From Eukaryota sp. GEM-RC1 (lineage: Eukaryota): 64,000 nt of DNA. The notes below the pieces were generated by a model, which saw nothing but the letters and a program-made list of their open reading frames with translations, made no database searches and was not told where the DNA came from. A program made the position numbers and the translations under genes. Where the stretch lies: contig JAUFOQ010000005.1 in assembly GCA_040285855.1 (NCBI GenBank), positions 558,001 through 622,000 on the forward strand, read 5' to 3'. This document shows, piece after piece, positions 63,400 to 64,000 of this stretch (within the stretch, counting starts at the first letter, position 1; each line of letters opens with the position of its first letter).

Positions 63400-63800
63400 G
63401 AACAATCTTTAGGCATGTCTTCAAGAAGGGAACTATCTTGCTCAAAGACATTGTAGTTAGTATCTTGTCAGAATTTCAAACGGTGGAGCGACATTGATAA
63501 AAGCGCTTTTTGTGTTGGGTTTGGCTCATTGCCGTTGTTCTCTATTAAGTTTAATGAATTTTATTGAATACTTTGTATTGCTGTCATTCAACAGCATAAA
63601 GTTCCAATTCTACATGTTCTACATTGAAGGGTATGAAACTCAACAACAGATCTATTTTCGCACTTTCGTTAAGTATCCATAAACTAAAGAAAAATTTGTC
63701 TCCAAACATGAAAGCTTGGAGTATGAGAATCGTATTAGCTTGGCTAAGATTAAAAGTCCCGCTTTTTGTGATTTTTTAACGGACATTTCGTCAGTTATTT
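63400..63800 (+). mobile_element. CRE-like non-LTR fragment
   Basis: HESLEYENRISLAKIKSPAFCDFLTDISS matches HESLAFNNRISLAKTKSPAL (~13900) and FESLDYNVRLGMAKEKNPAF (~52850). Confidence 0.65.
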
Positions 63801-64000
63801 CAGATTGATTTAAACATTTCGTTAATCTCTTTAAAAGAGAATACTAAATAATAAATAATAAATAATAATACCCTAATAACTCTATTTTCTACTTCGCTGC
63901 TCTCTGAGGTTCGATCTGTTTTCTTACTTGTGAACAAGTCATTTAATGCTCAAGATTATGTTGGTTATTCCCAAATTGATGTGGATAATTCTTTTAGGGT

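Noticed and set aside
1..64000. tRNA, rRNA or telomeric repeats
   Set aside because: No cloverleaf/T-loop context, rRNA-like segment or tandem telomere motif recognised by eye; a covariance-model scan was not possible

Overview
AT-rich eukaryotic (protist-like) DNA with no evident introns and no prokaryotic operon, CRISPR, rRNA or tRNA signal. It is mostly a transposon graveyard: hAT, MULE/Mutator, pogo/Tc1-IS630 and CRE-like RLE non-LTR fragments, several MITEs with clean TIRs/TSDs, and a 4-copy ~1.9 kb unclassified repeat. Interspersed are expanded ubiquitin-adaptor/receptor-like genes: RI/NLRC3-type LRR proteins with a divergent F-box-like N-terminus, BTB-SPRY, and BTB fused to an ALK/LTK-type glycine-rich domain. 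The standout is a young, very compact Ty3/gypsy chromovirus-like retrotransposon (1321-7621). It has identical 76-bp LTRs and a 4-bp TSD. Its reading frame starts inside the 5' LTR and stops on the base next to the 3' LTR, with the PPT itself coding. Most ORF breaks in otherwise intact genes fall at homopolymers and are probably assembly indels. Domain calls come from motif recognition by eye, not from database searches.
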